A DNA stretch of 64,000 nt from an uncultured bacterium (GTDB taxonomy: Bacteria > Patescibacteriota > Minisyncoccia > Phycocordibacterales > CAINVO01). The notes below the pieces were generated by a model, which was not told the origin of the DNA, made no database searches, and worked only from the letters and a program-made list of their open reading frames with translations. Positions 46,596 through 55,571 of this stretch are shown one piece after another. The stretch is taken from assembly GCA_903854195.1 (NCBI GenBank), contig CAINVO010000021.1, positions 14,032 through 78,031 of the forward strand, given 5' to 3'. The position numbers were made by a program, and so were the translations under genes. Every line of letters starts with the position of its first letter. Position 1 is the stretch's first letter.

Positions 46596-46636
46596 GGGCA
46601 TCTAAGTCCAATACGGGCTTTTTATTTACACATCAA

Positions 46637-46978
46637 ATGACAAGATCACTCAAAAAAGGACCATACGTTGACGAAAAACTACTCAAAAAAATTGAGGGTA
46701 AAAAGCCGGTAGAAACTGGTGTTATTAAGACATGGGCACGAAGAAGCCAGATTTCACCAGAAATGGTTGGATTTATCTTCGGTGTGCACAATGGCAAGCA
46801 GCACCTAGAGGTTCTTGTATCAGAGGAGATGGTAGGACACAGACTCGGTGAATTTTCTCCTACAAAGAAATTTATCCGTCATGGAGGTAAAATGCAAAAG
46901 GAACAAGAAGCTGCTAAGAAAGATGCAGAGGTTGCAGCAGCAAAGGCGGCAAAATCAACAGTTGCAGTTAAAAAATAA
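46637..46978 (+). CDS. rpsS: 30S ribosomal protein S19 (start trimmed to '[12 protein letters not shown]'; Lys/Ala-rich C-terminal tail)
   Basis: '[16 protein letters not shown]...[25 protein letters not shown]' matches S19. Confidence 0.85.
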   Translation: MTRSLKKGPYVDEKLLKKIEGKKPVETGVIKTWARRSQISPEMVGFIFGVHNGKQHLEVLVSEEMVGHRLGEFSPTKKFIRHGGKMQKEQEAAKKDAEVAAAKAAKSTVAVKK

Positions 46979-47053
46979 AATTGTAAATAAAAGCCAAATT
47001 AGAGACTACTTCAAAATCAAAATTTTCAATAAACTTCAAATAATTTAAAAAAC

Positions 47054-47524
47054 ATGAAAGCCGCATTACAAAACTATCGACAATCTCCTCGCAAAGTCCG
47101 TGTTGTGGCTGATGTTATTCGTGGAAAAAACGTAAACGATGCTCTTAAAGCTCTTTCTTTTGTTCCACGTCGAGCAGCTGAGCCCGTTTCAAAAGTACTT
47201 AAGAGTGCTATTGCGAACGCTGTAAATAATTTTCAGGTAGATGCTGACTCATTGTTTGTTAAAGAAGTTCAGGTTAATAAGGCTGTTACTTTAAAACGTA
47301 TCATGCCTCGCGCTCGTGGATCAGCTTCTCGTATAAACAAGCGATCAAGTCACATATCAATTATTTTAGAAGTAAAAGGTGAAAAGGTTACAGCTATTTC
47401 AGAAAAAGCAGTTTCAGTAAAAGCTGAAAAAACTACAAAGAAAGTTAAGGCTGAAAAAGTTGAAACTTCATCAGAAGCGAAAGTTATTAAAACAAAGAAA
47501 ACAGTAAAAACTAAGAATAAATAA
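47054..47524 (+). CDS. rplV: 50S ribosomal protein L22 (Lys-rich C-terminal extension)
   Basis: 'ALQNYRQSPRKVRVVADVIRGKNVNDALKALSFVPRRAAEPVSKVLKSAIANA' matches L22. Confidence 0.85.
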   Translation: MKAALQNYRQSPRKVRVVADVIRGKNVNDALKALSFVPRRAAEPVSKVLKSAIANAVNNFQVDADSLFVKEVQVNKAVTLKRIMPRARGSASRINKRSSHISIILEVKGEKVTAISEKAVSVKAEKTTKKVKAEKVETSSEAKVIKTKKTVKTKNK

Positions 47525-47528
47525 ATTT

Positions 47529-48185
47529 ATGTCACACACAGTTCACCCATATGCACATAGACTAGGTATCATCCGCGACTGGAAGTCACGATGGTTTGGC
47601 GTGAACGCTCAGTACAGAGATTTTCTAAAAGGGGACATTCTTATTCGTGAGTATTTGGAAAAGAAACTTCGTGGAATGTTTATTGGTGATATTGAAATGG
47701 AAAGAAGTGCAAAAGCTCTTCGTATTATTATCAAAACATCACGCCCTGGAGTTATTATTGGAAGAAGTGGTGAAGGTGCCACAAAACTGCGTGCTGATAT
47801 AGAAAAGAAACTTTTGAAAATTGGTGTCAAACACCAGCAGGAGCTTAAGATTGATATTGAGGAAATAAAAATTCCAGAATCAAGTTCAGCTATTGTTGCC
47901 CAGATGGTTGCAGAGGGTCTAGAAAAGCGTATGCCTTTCCGACGTGTCCTAAAACAAATGGTAGAAAAGTCTATGGCAAATCGTGAAGTAAAAGGTATTA
48001 AGATCTTGCTTTCGGGTCGCCTCGGTGGCGCCGATATGTCTCGAAAAGAAGAACTTAAAAAGGGTCGTATTCCTCTCCAAACTCTACGTGCTGATATAGA
48101 TTTCAAACGATATGAGGCCCATATGCCTTACGGTAATATTGGTATAAAAGTTTGGATCTACAAGGGTGAGATTTTCAATAAATAA
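47529..48185 (+). CDS. rpsC: 30S ribosomal protein S3
   Basis: 'HPYAHRLGIIRDWKSRWF' plus KH and S3-C domains. Confidence 0.9.
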   Translation: MSHTVHPYAHRLGIIRDWKSRWFGVNAQYRDFLKGDILIREYLEKKLRGMFIGDIEMERSAKALRIIIKTSRPGVIIGRSGEGATKLRADIEKKLLKIGVKHQQELKIDIEEIKIPESSSAIVAQMVAEGLEKRMPFRRVLKQMVEKSMANREVKGIKILLSGRLGGADMSRKEELKKGRIPLQTLRADIDFKRYEAHMPYGNIGIKVWIYKGEIFNK

Positions 48186-48207
48186 TTACTAAAATAATAA
48201 CACCAAC

Positions 48208-48633
48208 ATGCTTGTACCAAGAAAAGTAAAACATCGAAAATGGCAGACAGCTCGAAAAAATCCTAATAAGATGACGCCTGATACTCGTGGTATCACTCTT
48301 TCTTTTGGATCTTTTGGTATCAAAGCTACAACAGCTTTCCGTATTCGTTCTAACCAGCTTGAGTCAGCAAGAAAGGTTCTTGCTCGTTCAGCTTCAAAAA
48401 CAGGTCGTGTTTGGATTCGTATTTTTCCAGATCGTCCATATACACAGAAGGCTGCCGAGGTAGGAATGGGTAAGGGAAAGGGAGATCCTCAGGGTTATTG
48501 CTTTGAAGTTAAGCCAGGACGTGTTATCTTCGAGATTGATGGAGTTGAAGAATCCGTAGCACGTGAAGCTCTAAGAAAAGCTGGTACAAAACTTCCAGTA
48601 AAAACACGTATCATTTCACGAGACCAAGCATAG
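48208..48633 (+). CDS. rplP: 50S ribosomal protein L16
   Basis: 'MLVPRKVKHRK' and 'RMGKGKGDPQGY' match L16. Confidence 0.9.
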   Translation: MLVPRKVKHRKWQTARKNPNKMTPDTRGITLSFGSFGIKATTAFRIRSNQLESARKVLARSASKTGRVWIRIFPDRPYTQKAAEVGMGKGKGDPQGYCFEVKPGRVIFEIDGVEESVAREALRKAGTKLPVKTRIISRDQA

Positions 48634-48664
48634 TCAATAAGTTTCAATAGATAAAAATAAATAT

Positions 48665-48859
48665 ATGTCAGAATACAAAGATAAAAATCAAAAAGACCTT
48701 CTAAAATCTCTTAATGAAAAGCAGACTAAGCTTGGTGAGTTTCGTTTTGGAACAGCAGGAAGTAAATCAAAAAACATTCGAGAAGGTAGATCACTAAGAC
48801 GAGATATCGCTCGCATTAAAACAGAGCTTACTGTATTAGCTTCTAGCTCAACAAAATAA
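48665..48859 (+). CDS. rpmC: 50S ribosomal protein L29
   Basis: Short helical protein 'LKSLNEKQTKLGEFRFGTAGSKSKNIREGRSLRRDIARIKT', in the conserved operon position. Confidence 0.75.
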   Translation: MSEYKDKNQKDLLKSLNEKQTKLGEFRFGTAGSKSKNIREGRSLRRDIARIKTELTVLASSSTK

Positions 48860-48876
48860 TTTTATAAAATAAAAAC

Positions 48877-49161
48877 ATGACTGAGAAAAAAATAACAACT
48901 AAAAAGGTAGTAAAAGCAGACGCAAAAGTAGTTAGTAAAAAACACGTTCTTTCAGGTGTTGTTGTGTCTGATAAGATGAAGGACACTGTTGTTGTCTCAG
49001 TCACAAACTTTGTAAAAGCTCCAAAGTATGGTAAATACATAGAGCGTTCAAAGAAGTACAAGGCACATGATGCTGGAAATACAAAGAAAATAGGGGATAA
49101 AGTTCAAATTGTTGAGTGTCGTCCTATTTCAAAAGACAAGCATTTCACAATCGTGAAATAA
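48877..49161 (+). CDS. rpsQ: 30S ribosomal protein S17
   Basis: '[18 protein letters not shown]...[16 protein letters not shown]...[18 protein letters not shown]' matches S17. Confidence 0.85.
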   Translation: MTEKKITTKKVVKADAKVVSKKHVLSGVVVSDKMKDTVVVSVTNFVKAPKYGKYIERSKKYKAHDAGNTKKIGDKVQIVECRPISKDKHFTIVK

Positions 49162-49195
49162 AAATTTAAAATATTTATTAAACTAATTAACTACT

Positions 49196-49567
49196 ATGAT
49201 ACAGCCACGATCAATCGTTCAAATAGCAGACAACTCGGGAGCCAAAATAGGCCGTATATTCAAAGTGCTTGGTAGCTCAAAAAAGCGATATGCTGAGATC
49301 GGTGAGCTTGTAGTCCTTTCAGTACAAAAAGCAGAGCCTCGTAAACAAGTAAAGAAGAAGGATGTTTTACAGGCCGTTGTTGTACGTCAAAGAAAGGCTT
49401 TTCGTAGAAAAGACGGTTCTTATATCAGATTTGACGAAAATGCAGTAGTTATTGTGGACAAGGTAAAAGGTGAGCCAATCGCAGGACGTATCTTCGGTCC
49501 AATTCCAAGAGAAATTTCAGAAAAAGGTTATCAGAAAATTGCTTCACTTGCACCAGAAGTCGTTTAA
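49196..49567 (+). CDS. rplN: 50S ribosomal protein L14
   Basis: 'MIQPRSIVQIADNSGAK' matches L14. Confidence 0.9.
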   Translation: MIQPRSIVQIADNSGAKIGRIFKVLGSSKKRYAEIGELVVLSVQKAEPRKQVKKKDVLQAVVVRQRKAFRRKDGSYIRFDENAVVIVDKVKGEPIAGRIFGPIPREISEKGYQKIASLAPEVV

Positions 49568-49582
49568 TATAAAATTACTACC

Positions 49583-49798
49583 ATGAATATCAAAAAAGGA
49601 GATAGCGTTATCATCATAACAGGTAAATACAAAGGCAAATCAGGTAAGGTTGCAAAAGCTTTACCTAAGAAAAGTTCCGTCGTTGTTGAGGGTGCCAACC
49701 TTAGAAAGCGACACAAGAAGCCAACACGTGGGGGACAGAAAGGTCAGATTGTTGAATATGCAGCTCCTATTCATGTTTCAAATGTAAAGAAGGCATAA
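49583..49798 (+). CDS. rplX: 50S ribosomal protein L24 (short, 71 aa)
   Basis: KOW motif 'IKKGDSVIIITGKYKGKSGKV'. Confidence 0.8.
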   Translation: MNIKKGDSVIIITGKYKGKSGKVAKALPKKSSVVVEGANLRKRHKKPTRGGQKGQIVEYAAPIHVSNVKKA

Positions 49799-49805
49799 TA
49801 AAAAT

Positions 49806-50360
49806 ATGAAAACAACTACACCTACAATTAAAGAAAAAGAGAAAGGGCTATTCGATGCTCTTAAAGGCGATTTTGGTTTTACAAACAAACTACAGGCACC
49901 TCGTATAACAAAGGTTGTTCTTGGTGCTACAACTGGTTCTATTAAGGATCCAAAGAAGAAAGAACTAGTTGGTGACCGTTTGGTTAAGATTTCTGGTCAA
50001 AAGGTTTCTCCAAAAGCTGCTAAAAAATCAGTTGCCAGCTTTAAAATACGTCAAGGAGATCAAGTTGGTTACCAGGTAACATTGCGAGGCCTTAAAATGT
50101 ACAGTTTCCTTGATAAGCTTACAAATATTGCACTTCCTCGTACTCGAGACTTTCGTGGTCTAAATCCTGCAGCTATTGATGATATGGGTAATTTCACTAT
50201 TGGTATCAAAGAGCACACAGTTTTTCCTGAAACTTCAGATGAAGAACTAAAGGATGTCTTTGGATTTGCTGTTACAATAGTAACAACATCAAAAGATAAA
50301 AAATTAACTAGAATTATGTTAGAGAATCTAGGTTTTCCTTTCAAAAAAGAGGCAAAATAA
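49806..50360 (+). CDS. rplE: 50S ribosomal protein L5
   Basis: 'GATTGSIKDPKK' and 'DFRGLNPAAIDDMGNFTIGIKEHTVFPE' match L5. Confidence 0.85.
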   Translation: MKTTTPTIKEKEKGLFDALKGDFGFTNKLQAPRITKVVLGATTGSIKDPKKKELVGDRLVKISGQKVSPKAAKKSVASFKIRQGDQVGYQVTLRGLKMYSFLDKLTNIALPRTRDFRGLNPAAIDDMGNFTIGIKEHTVFPETSDEELKDVFGFAVTIVTTSKDKKLTRIMLENLGFPFKKEAK

Positions 50361-50370
50361 ATAAGAAATT

Positions 50371-50406
50371 AAAAACACCCCCTTCGCAAGATGGGGGTGT
50401 TTTTAA
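50371..50406 (+). terminator. Rho-independent terminator inside the spc operon, after rplE
   Basis: aaaaa-CACCCCC-ttcgcaagat-GGGGGTG-tttttaatt. Confidence 0.55.
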
Positions 50407-50454
50407 TTAAATTTGTTTGTAACACATAAAAAACACTTAAATGACCCTAAATAT

Positions 50455-50483
50455 TTGACTTTATATTGCTGTCCTGCTAGTAT
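50455..50483 (+). promoter_or_regulatory. Candidate sigma-70 promoter re-initiating rpsZ-rpsH-rplF...
   Basis: TTGACT-17 nt-TAGTAT, the same architecture as the promoter at 46567. Confidence 0.45.
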
Positions 50484-50520
50484 AAGCCGAAGCTCAATTG
50501 AGCTATTTTTTTAACCATCT

Positions 50521-50706
50521 ATGGCAAAAACATCTGTAAAAGTAAGAGCATTAAAGGAACCTAAATTTGCAAGTCGCGTAGTGCGACGTTGTTTCCGTTG
50601 CGCACGTAAGAATGGCTATATGCGTGATTTCGGTCTATGCCGTATTTGTTTCCGTGAAGCTGCTAATGAAGGCCGTCTTCCAGGTATCAAAAAGTCATCT
50701 TGGTAA
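50521..50706 (+). CDS. rpsZ: 30S ribosomal protein S14, zinc-binding Z-type (61 aa)
   Basis: 'CFRCARKNGYMRDFGLCRICFRE' is the C4 zinc-ribbon S14-Z. Confidence 0.85.
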   Translation: MAKTSVKVRALKEPKFASRVVRRCFRCARKNGYMRDFGLCRICFREAANEGRLPGIKKSSW

Positions 50707-50759
50707 TTTCAAAATTTTCAGAAATAGAAATCAAAAATTCCAAACAATAATTTAAAAAC

Positions 50760-51149
50760 ATGAGAGATCCAATCGCAGAACTTATAACAAAACTTAAAAA
50801 CGCAAACATTGCTGGCAAAGAGACAGTATCTTTTCCATATTCAAAAATGCGTGAGCAGGTACTTAACACTCTTGAGAAGCGTGGTTTTGTTAAGAATATC
50901 GCGAAGAAGGGTAAGAAGGTAAATAAAGCTCTTGAGGCTACTCTAGTGTATGAAGACGGAAAGTCTCGTATTCAGGGAGTACTTCTTGTTTCAAAATATT
51001 CAAAGCGTGTTTACTACAAAGTTGCTGATATTAAACCAGTAAGAAATGGTTTCGGAGCGCTTATCATTACAACCCCACAGGGTATTTTGACAGACTTCGA
51101 AGCTCGTAAGGCAAAGGTCGGCGGTGAACCATTGTTTAAAATCTGGTAA
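50760..51149 (+). CDS. rpsH: 30S ribosomal protein S8
   Basis: 'DPIAELITKLKNA' matches the S8 N-terminus. Confidence 0.9.
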   Translation: MRDPIAELITKLKNANIAGKETVSFPYSKMREQVLNTLEKRGFVKNIAKKGKKVNKALEATLVYEDGKSRIQGVLLVSKYSKRVYYKVADIKPVRNGFGALIITTPQGILTDFEARKAKVGGEPLFKIW

Positions 51150-51187
51150 TTAACTGCCAATCAAATAGAACTAATAATTTCAAATAT

Positions 51188-51721
51188 ATGTCACGAATCG
51201 GAAAACAAATCATCGCCATGTCAGCAGGAACAGAAGCTAACCTTGATGGAAACACTCTTACTATTAAGGGTCCAAAAGGTGAGATTTCTCGTACATTTCG
51301 TGACTCTATCGCAGTCGCAATAGAAGGTGGTAATATTTCTCTTTCAACAAAAAGAAATGATATTGCAACACGTTCACTTTGGGGCACATACTCTTCTCAC
51401 ATTGCAAACATGGTAGAAGGTGTTGAAAAACTTTTTGTAAAGAAGCTCATCATTGAAGGTATTGGTTACAGAGCTGAAGTTTCAGGAAATGATATCACTC
51501 TTATCATCGGTTTTTCTCACCCTGTAAAAATCGCTATTCCTGCAGGACTTAAGGTTATTGTTGAGAAAAGTGTAATTACAATTACAGGAGTAGACAAAGA
51601 AACTGTAGGCGCTTTTGCTGCAACACTTCGTTCATGGAAAAAACCAGAACCATACAAAGGTAAGGGTATTAGATACGAAGGTGAAGTTATTCGCCGCAAG
51701 CAGGGTAAAAAATCTGTATAA
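51188..51721 (+). CDS. rplF: 50S ribosomal protein L6
   Basis: 'MSRIGKQII' and two alpha/beta L6 repeats. Confidence 0.9.
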   Translation: MSRIGKQIIAMSAGTEANLDGNTLTIKGPKGEISRTFRDSIAVAIEGGNISLSTKRNDIATRSLWGTYSSHIANMVEGVEKLFVKKLIIEGIGYRAEVSGNDITLIIGFSHPVKIAIPAGLKVIVEKSVITITGVDKETVGAFAATLRSWKKPEPYKGKGIRYEGEVIRRKQGKKSV

Positions 51722-51753
51722 TCAATAAATAATATTCATTATTAAAAAAAGCC

Positions 51754-52101
51754 ATGATTACAAAAAGCAAATCACAACAGAGAGAAAGACGACGTAAGCG
51801 TATTCGCGCTAAGGTTGTTGGTACAGAAGCTCGTCCAAGACTTGCTATTTTTAAGTCAAATAAAGCTATTTACGCTCAAATCATCGATGATGACAAAGGT
51901 GTTACATTAGCTTCTGCGACTTCTCTTACTCTAAAAGGAAAGACTAAAACTGATCAATCAAAACAAGTTGGTATTGCTGTAGCAAAAGCAGCTATTGCAA
52001 AAGGTATCAAGAAGGCAGTATTTGATCGAGGTGGTTTTATTTACACAGGTCGTGTACAAGCTTTAGCGGAAGGTGCTAGAGAGGGGGGTCTTGAATTCTA
52101 A
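51754..52101 (+). CDS. rplR: 50S ribosomal protein L18
   Basis: '[35 protein letters not shown]' matches L18. Confidence 0.85.
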   Translation: MITKSKSQQRERRRKRIRAKVVGTEARPRLAIFKSNKAIYAQIIDDDKGVTLASATSLTLKGKTKTDQSKQVGIAVAKAAIAKGIKKAVFDRGGFIYTGRVQALAEGAREGGLEF

Positions 52102-52124
52102 ATTTAAATAATTATTTTAACAGT

Positions 52125-52769
52125 ATGACTACAAACGACACACAAAACACAAATCCAGTATCTGCTCCAGTTGCTTCAACTGCTGCTGCTTTTCCTGCAC
52201 CTAATACAGGTTCTCCATATCGTGGAGGTGGCAGAGGAGGTCCTCAGAGAGGTGGAGATAGTCGTGGTGGTCCTCGTGGTCCTGGCCGTGGTGGTCCTAG
52301 AAGAGAGCCTCGCGCAAAGCCAGAGTTTGATCAGAAGATCATAAGTATTCGTCGCGTGACTCGTGTAGCATCAGGAGGACGCCGTTTCAGCTTCAGTGTT
52401 GCTATCGTTGCTGGAGACAAGAAGGGTCGTGTAGGAGTAGGTACGGGTAAAGCAGGCGATACATCTCTAGCTATTGAAAAAGCTCTAAAGAGTGCAAAGA
52501 AGCACATGATTACAATCAAGCATACAGCTGATATGTCTATCCCTCACGAAGTAGATGTAAAATACTCAAGTGCACGTGTACACATCATGCCAGCTAAAGG
52601 AAAAGGTTTGGTTGCTGGATCTGCTGTACGTATAGTACTTGAACTTGCTGGTATCAAAGACATCACAGCAAAGCTTCGTTCACCAAGTAAGAACCCTCTA
52701 AACATTGCTCAGGCAACTATCAAAGCACTTTCAACTTTGAAAGCTCGACCAGTAAAAGTTGCTAAATAA
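52125..52769 (+). CDS. rpsE: 30S ribosomal protein S5 with a ~60-aa Arg/Gly/Pro-rich N-terminal extension
   Basis: S5 core from 'EFDQKIISIRRVTRVASGGRRFSFSVAIVAGDKKGRVGVGTGKA'. Preceded by 'PYRGGGRGGPQRGGDSRGGPRGPGRGGPRRE'. Confidence 0.85.
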   Translation: MTTNDTQNTNPVSAPVASTAAAFPAPNTGSPYRGGGRGGPQRGGDSRGGPRGPGRGGPRREPRAKPEFDQKIISIRRVTRVASGGRRFSFSVAIVAGDKKGRVGVGTGKAGDTSLAIEKALKSAKKHMITIKHTADMSIPHEVDVKYSSARVHIMPAKGKGLVAGSAVRIVLELAGIKDITAKLRSPSKNPLNIAQATIKALSTLKARPVKVAK

Positions 52770-52786
52770 ATTCTAATTTTAAATAT

Positions 52787-53227
52787 ATGCAGATACACAA
52801 CATTAAGCGAAAAACAAAAAATAAGAAAAGCGTTTCAGTAGGACGTGGAGGTACTCGTGGTAAAACATCTGGCCGTGGTACAAAAGGACAGAATGCTCGA
52901 GCCGGACACAAAAAGCGTCCAGAACTTCGTGATATTATCAAGAAGATTCCAAAACTACGCGGACGAGGAAGAAACTCAAACCTATCTATAAACGATAAGC
53001 CTATTGTTGTTAATTTAAATGTTATCGAAAGAGATCTTAAAGATGGTGTTGTCATTACACCTTCACTCCTAGTTTCATCAGGTATTCTTTCAAAGTACAA
53101 AGGTAAGAATCCAGTAGTTAAAATTCTAGCATCTGGAGAGATTACAAAAAAAATCACTATCTCAGGATGTAAGGTGTCCGCAACTGCAAAAGAAAAGATC
53201 GAAAAGGCTGGCGGAAGCGTCAAATAA
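52787..53227 (+). CDS. rplO: 50S ribosomal protein L15; follows rpsE directly with no L30 gene between them
   Basis: 'GRGGTRGKTSGRGTKGQNARAGHKKRP' matches L15. Confidence 0.85.
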   Translation: MQIHNIKRKTKNKKSVSVGRGGTRGKTSGRGTKGQNARAGHKKRPELRDIIKKIPKLRGRGRNSNLSINDKPIVVNLNVIERDLKDGVVITPSLLVSSGILSKYKGKNPVVKILASGEITKKITISGCKVSATAKEKIEKAGGSVK

Positions 53228-53254
53228 TTAGCCGAAAGGTCAATAAATAAAACA

Positions 53255-54532
53255 ATGAACACTTTTTTCCAAAAACTTAAGCTGGTGTTCCAAGACAAGA
53301 GTCTTAGAAACCGTGTTATCTTCATGCTCGCTTCACTAGTAGTGTTTCGTTTATTGGCAGTTATTCCTATCCCTGGTGTTGATATTGGAAAGCTTCAGGC
53401 TTTTTTTAACAGCAACCAGTTTTTTGGTTTACTTAATATTTTTTCAGGAGGTGGACTGTCAACTCTGTCTATCGTAATGCTTGGAGTTGGTCCATATATC
53501 ACTGCATCTATTATTATGCAGCTTTTGACAATGATGTCTCCGTCTCTAAAAGCTATGTATCAAGAGGATGGGGAAGCTGGACGTAAAAAATTCAGTCAGT
53601 ACTCAAGACTTTTGACTGTGCCTCTAGCTTTGATCCAGGGCTTTGGTTTTATTATTTTGTTAGAGCGTCAAGGAGTTCTTGGAACACTTGGAGGTATGTC
53701 TTTGATTACAAGTGTTATCTCAATTGTAGCTGGATCAGTACTTCTAATGTGGTTAGGTGAACTTATGACAGAGTTTGGAATCGGAAATGGTGTGTCTATG
53801 ATTATTTTCTCAGGTATCGTTTCTCGTATTCCAACAGCTCTTAGTCAACTTGCTTACAGTTACACTCCAGCTCAAATTCCTTTGTATGTTGGAATCGTGA
53901 TTGTTGCCCTAGCTGTCATTTTCCTAGTAGTTGTCATTACAGAAGCAGAGAGACCAATTCCTGTTACATATGCAAAGCAGGTACGTGGAAACAAGGTGTA
54001 TGGAGGTGTTTCAACTTATCTTCCTTTACGTCTAAATCAGGCTGGAGTTATTCCAATAATCTTCGCTTTGTCTATTCTTCTCTTTCCTCAAATGATTTTT
54101 AATGTTTTGAGTCATGTTGGTAATGCTACTGTAAACGCAATTTCAAAAAATATTCTAGATATTATTGCTAATCAATGGGTATATGCTATTGCTTATTTTG
54201 TACTTGTTTTCTTGTTTACATATTTCTACACTGCAGTAACTTTTGATCCACATCAGATCTCAACAAACCTACAACGTGGAGGTGCTTTTATTCCAGGTAT
54301 TCGTCCAGGTGATTCTACTTCAGAGTATCTTTCAAAGGTTGTGACTCGTATCACACTTGTAGGTGCGGTATTTCTAGGAGCTATCGCTGTTCTTCCAGTT
54401 ATCCTTCCTTTGCTTTTCGTAGGTATTCCAAAGTCTATGGCGGTTGGAGGTACAGCCGTACTTATCGTGGTATCAGTAGTATTGGATCTTGTTAAAAAGA
54501 TTGACGCTCAGGTTTCGATGAGAGAGTATTAA
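53255..54532 (+). CDS. secY: Preprotein translocase subunit SecY
   Basis: Ten TM helices with 'LGVGPYITASIIMQLL' and 'GTGVSMIIFSGIVS'-type motifs. Confidence 0.9.
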   Translation: MNTFFQKLKLVFQDKSLRNRVIFMLASLVVFRLLAVIPIPGVDIGKLQAFFNSNQFFGLLNIFSGGGLSTLSIVMLGVGPYITASIIMQLLTMMSPSLKAMYQEDGEAGRKKFSQYSRLLTVPLALIQGFGFIILLERQGVLGTLGGMSLITSVISIVAGSVLLMWLGELMTEFGIGNGVSMIIFSGIVSRIPTALSQLAYSYTPAQIPLYVGIVIVALAVIFLVVVITEAERPIPVTYAKQVRGNKVYGGVSTYLPLRLNQAGVIPIIFALSILLFPQMIFNVLSHVGNATVNAISKNILDIIANQWVYAIAYFVLVFLFTYFYTAVTFDPHQISTNLQRGGAFIPGIRPGDSTSEYLSKVVTRITLVGAVFLGAIAVLPVILPLLFVGIPKSMAVGGTAVLIVVSVVLDLVKKIDAQVSMREY

Positions 54533-54541
54533 AACACAAAT

Positions 54542-54579
54542 AAAAAAACGCCGGAACAATTGTTCCGGCGTTTTTTTTA
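54542..54579. terminator. Bidirectional rho-independent terminator after secY
   Basis: aaaaaaa-CGCCGGAACAATTGTTCCGGCG-tttttttt. Perfect 11-bp palindrome. Confidence 0.7.
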
Positions 54580-54587
54580 TTTGAACA

Positions 54588-55376
54588 CTACTCAGTGGCT
54601 GTTTTCCAAGCCAAACCAAAAATCATTTTCATCATGCCGTGAATGATTTCATCTTCGATGATGACACCGATGACATTTTCCTTGCCTAGTTTTGTTATGG
54701 ACACTTTATTTTTTCCATAGATTGTGAGTTCTGCTTCATACGGAAAGATTTCTTTAGAAACAAATTTTATCACAGGCCATATGTTTTTGCTGGTACCAGC
54801 AAAAACCGCTTCGTTGTAACCTCGTGCAGCTTTTGTATCAGGTATAATTGCTCGAGTGGTGATGCCGATTCTCTCTTTGCCTTTAATAAACTCACGAAGT
54901 TTGCCAGTAGGGAGGTAGTTTTGAAATTTCTCAGCATTTGAAAAAGCAAGCATTTCATATTTTTCATTTCCAGAAATCATATCCATACAAATATCGTAGA
55001 CAGCATCAGGTCCTTCAAAGTAAAGCACACGTGGTTTGTTTGTTGTAAGATTAAATAACCCCTCAAGTTCTGGAATTAATTTCTTTGCTTTATCCATCTG
55101 ATCTTCGGCTATTCGGACTTTGTCTTTTGCATAACGCATCAGTTTTTCTGGCTTATCTACCTGATAGTAAAGCTTATTCTTCTTTTCAATCTCATTTACT
55201 AGGCCTTTTATTGTCAGATCCAGAAGCACTTTGTAGACAGTGGTCCTTTTGAGCTTGGTTATTTCAGCTATTTTAGAAGGGAAGGCACCGCCAAGCTCTA
55301 CCAAAGCAGCGTATATAAGTGCCTCTTTTTCTGAAAGACCAGCATTTTGGATTTGTTTAGATAGTTTGTTTTCCAT
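54588..55376 (-). CDS. TrmB-family transcriptional regulator
   Basis: N-terminal wHTH 'LSEKEALIYAALVELGGAFPSKIAEITKLKRTTVYKVLLDLTIKGLV' is typical of TrmB. Confidence 0.7.
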   Translation of the reverse strand: MENKLSKQIQNAGLSEKEALIYAALVELGGAFPSKIAEITKLKRTTVYKVLLDLTIKGLVNEIEKKNKLYYQVDKPEKLMRYAKDKVRIAEDQMDKAKKLIPELEGLFNLTTNKPRVLYFEGPDAVYDICMDMISGNEKYEMLAFSNAEKFQNYLPTGKLREFIKGKERIGITTRAIIPDTKAARGYNEAVFAGTSKNIWPVIKFVSKEIFPYEAELTIYGKNKVSITKLGKENVIGVIIEDEIIHGMMKMIFGLAWKTATE

Positions 55377-55571
55377 ATGTATGTGATTTATATAGCTAAA
55401 TTGTACTAAATACCATGGATATTGTCAATTTAAACGGACAAAATATTTAAAACTAGAAATAATGTCTTATTTAAAGGCATTATTGTGTAATATTTTGACA
55501 TATATAATGCACATATTTAAAATATGTTGTATAATATCGTTATAAATTAATTATTAAGATTTAGTAAAAAA

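Noticed and set aside
47609-48106. 165-aa antisense ORF inside rpsC; similar antisense ORFs occur inside tuf (42027..42605), rplO (52762..53325), recJ (27999..28415), tig (13578..13895) and others
   Set aside because: Shadow ORFs on the opposite strand of well-supported genes. Their composition comes from the low-GC sense strand.
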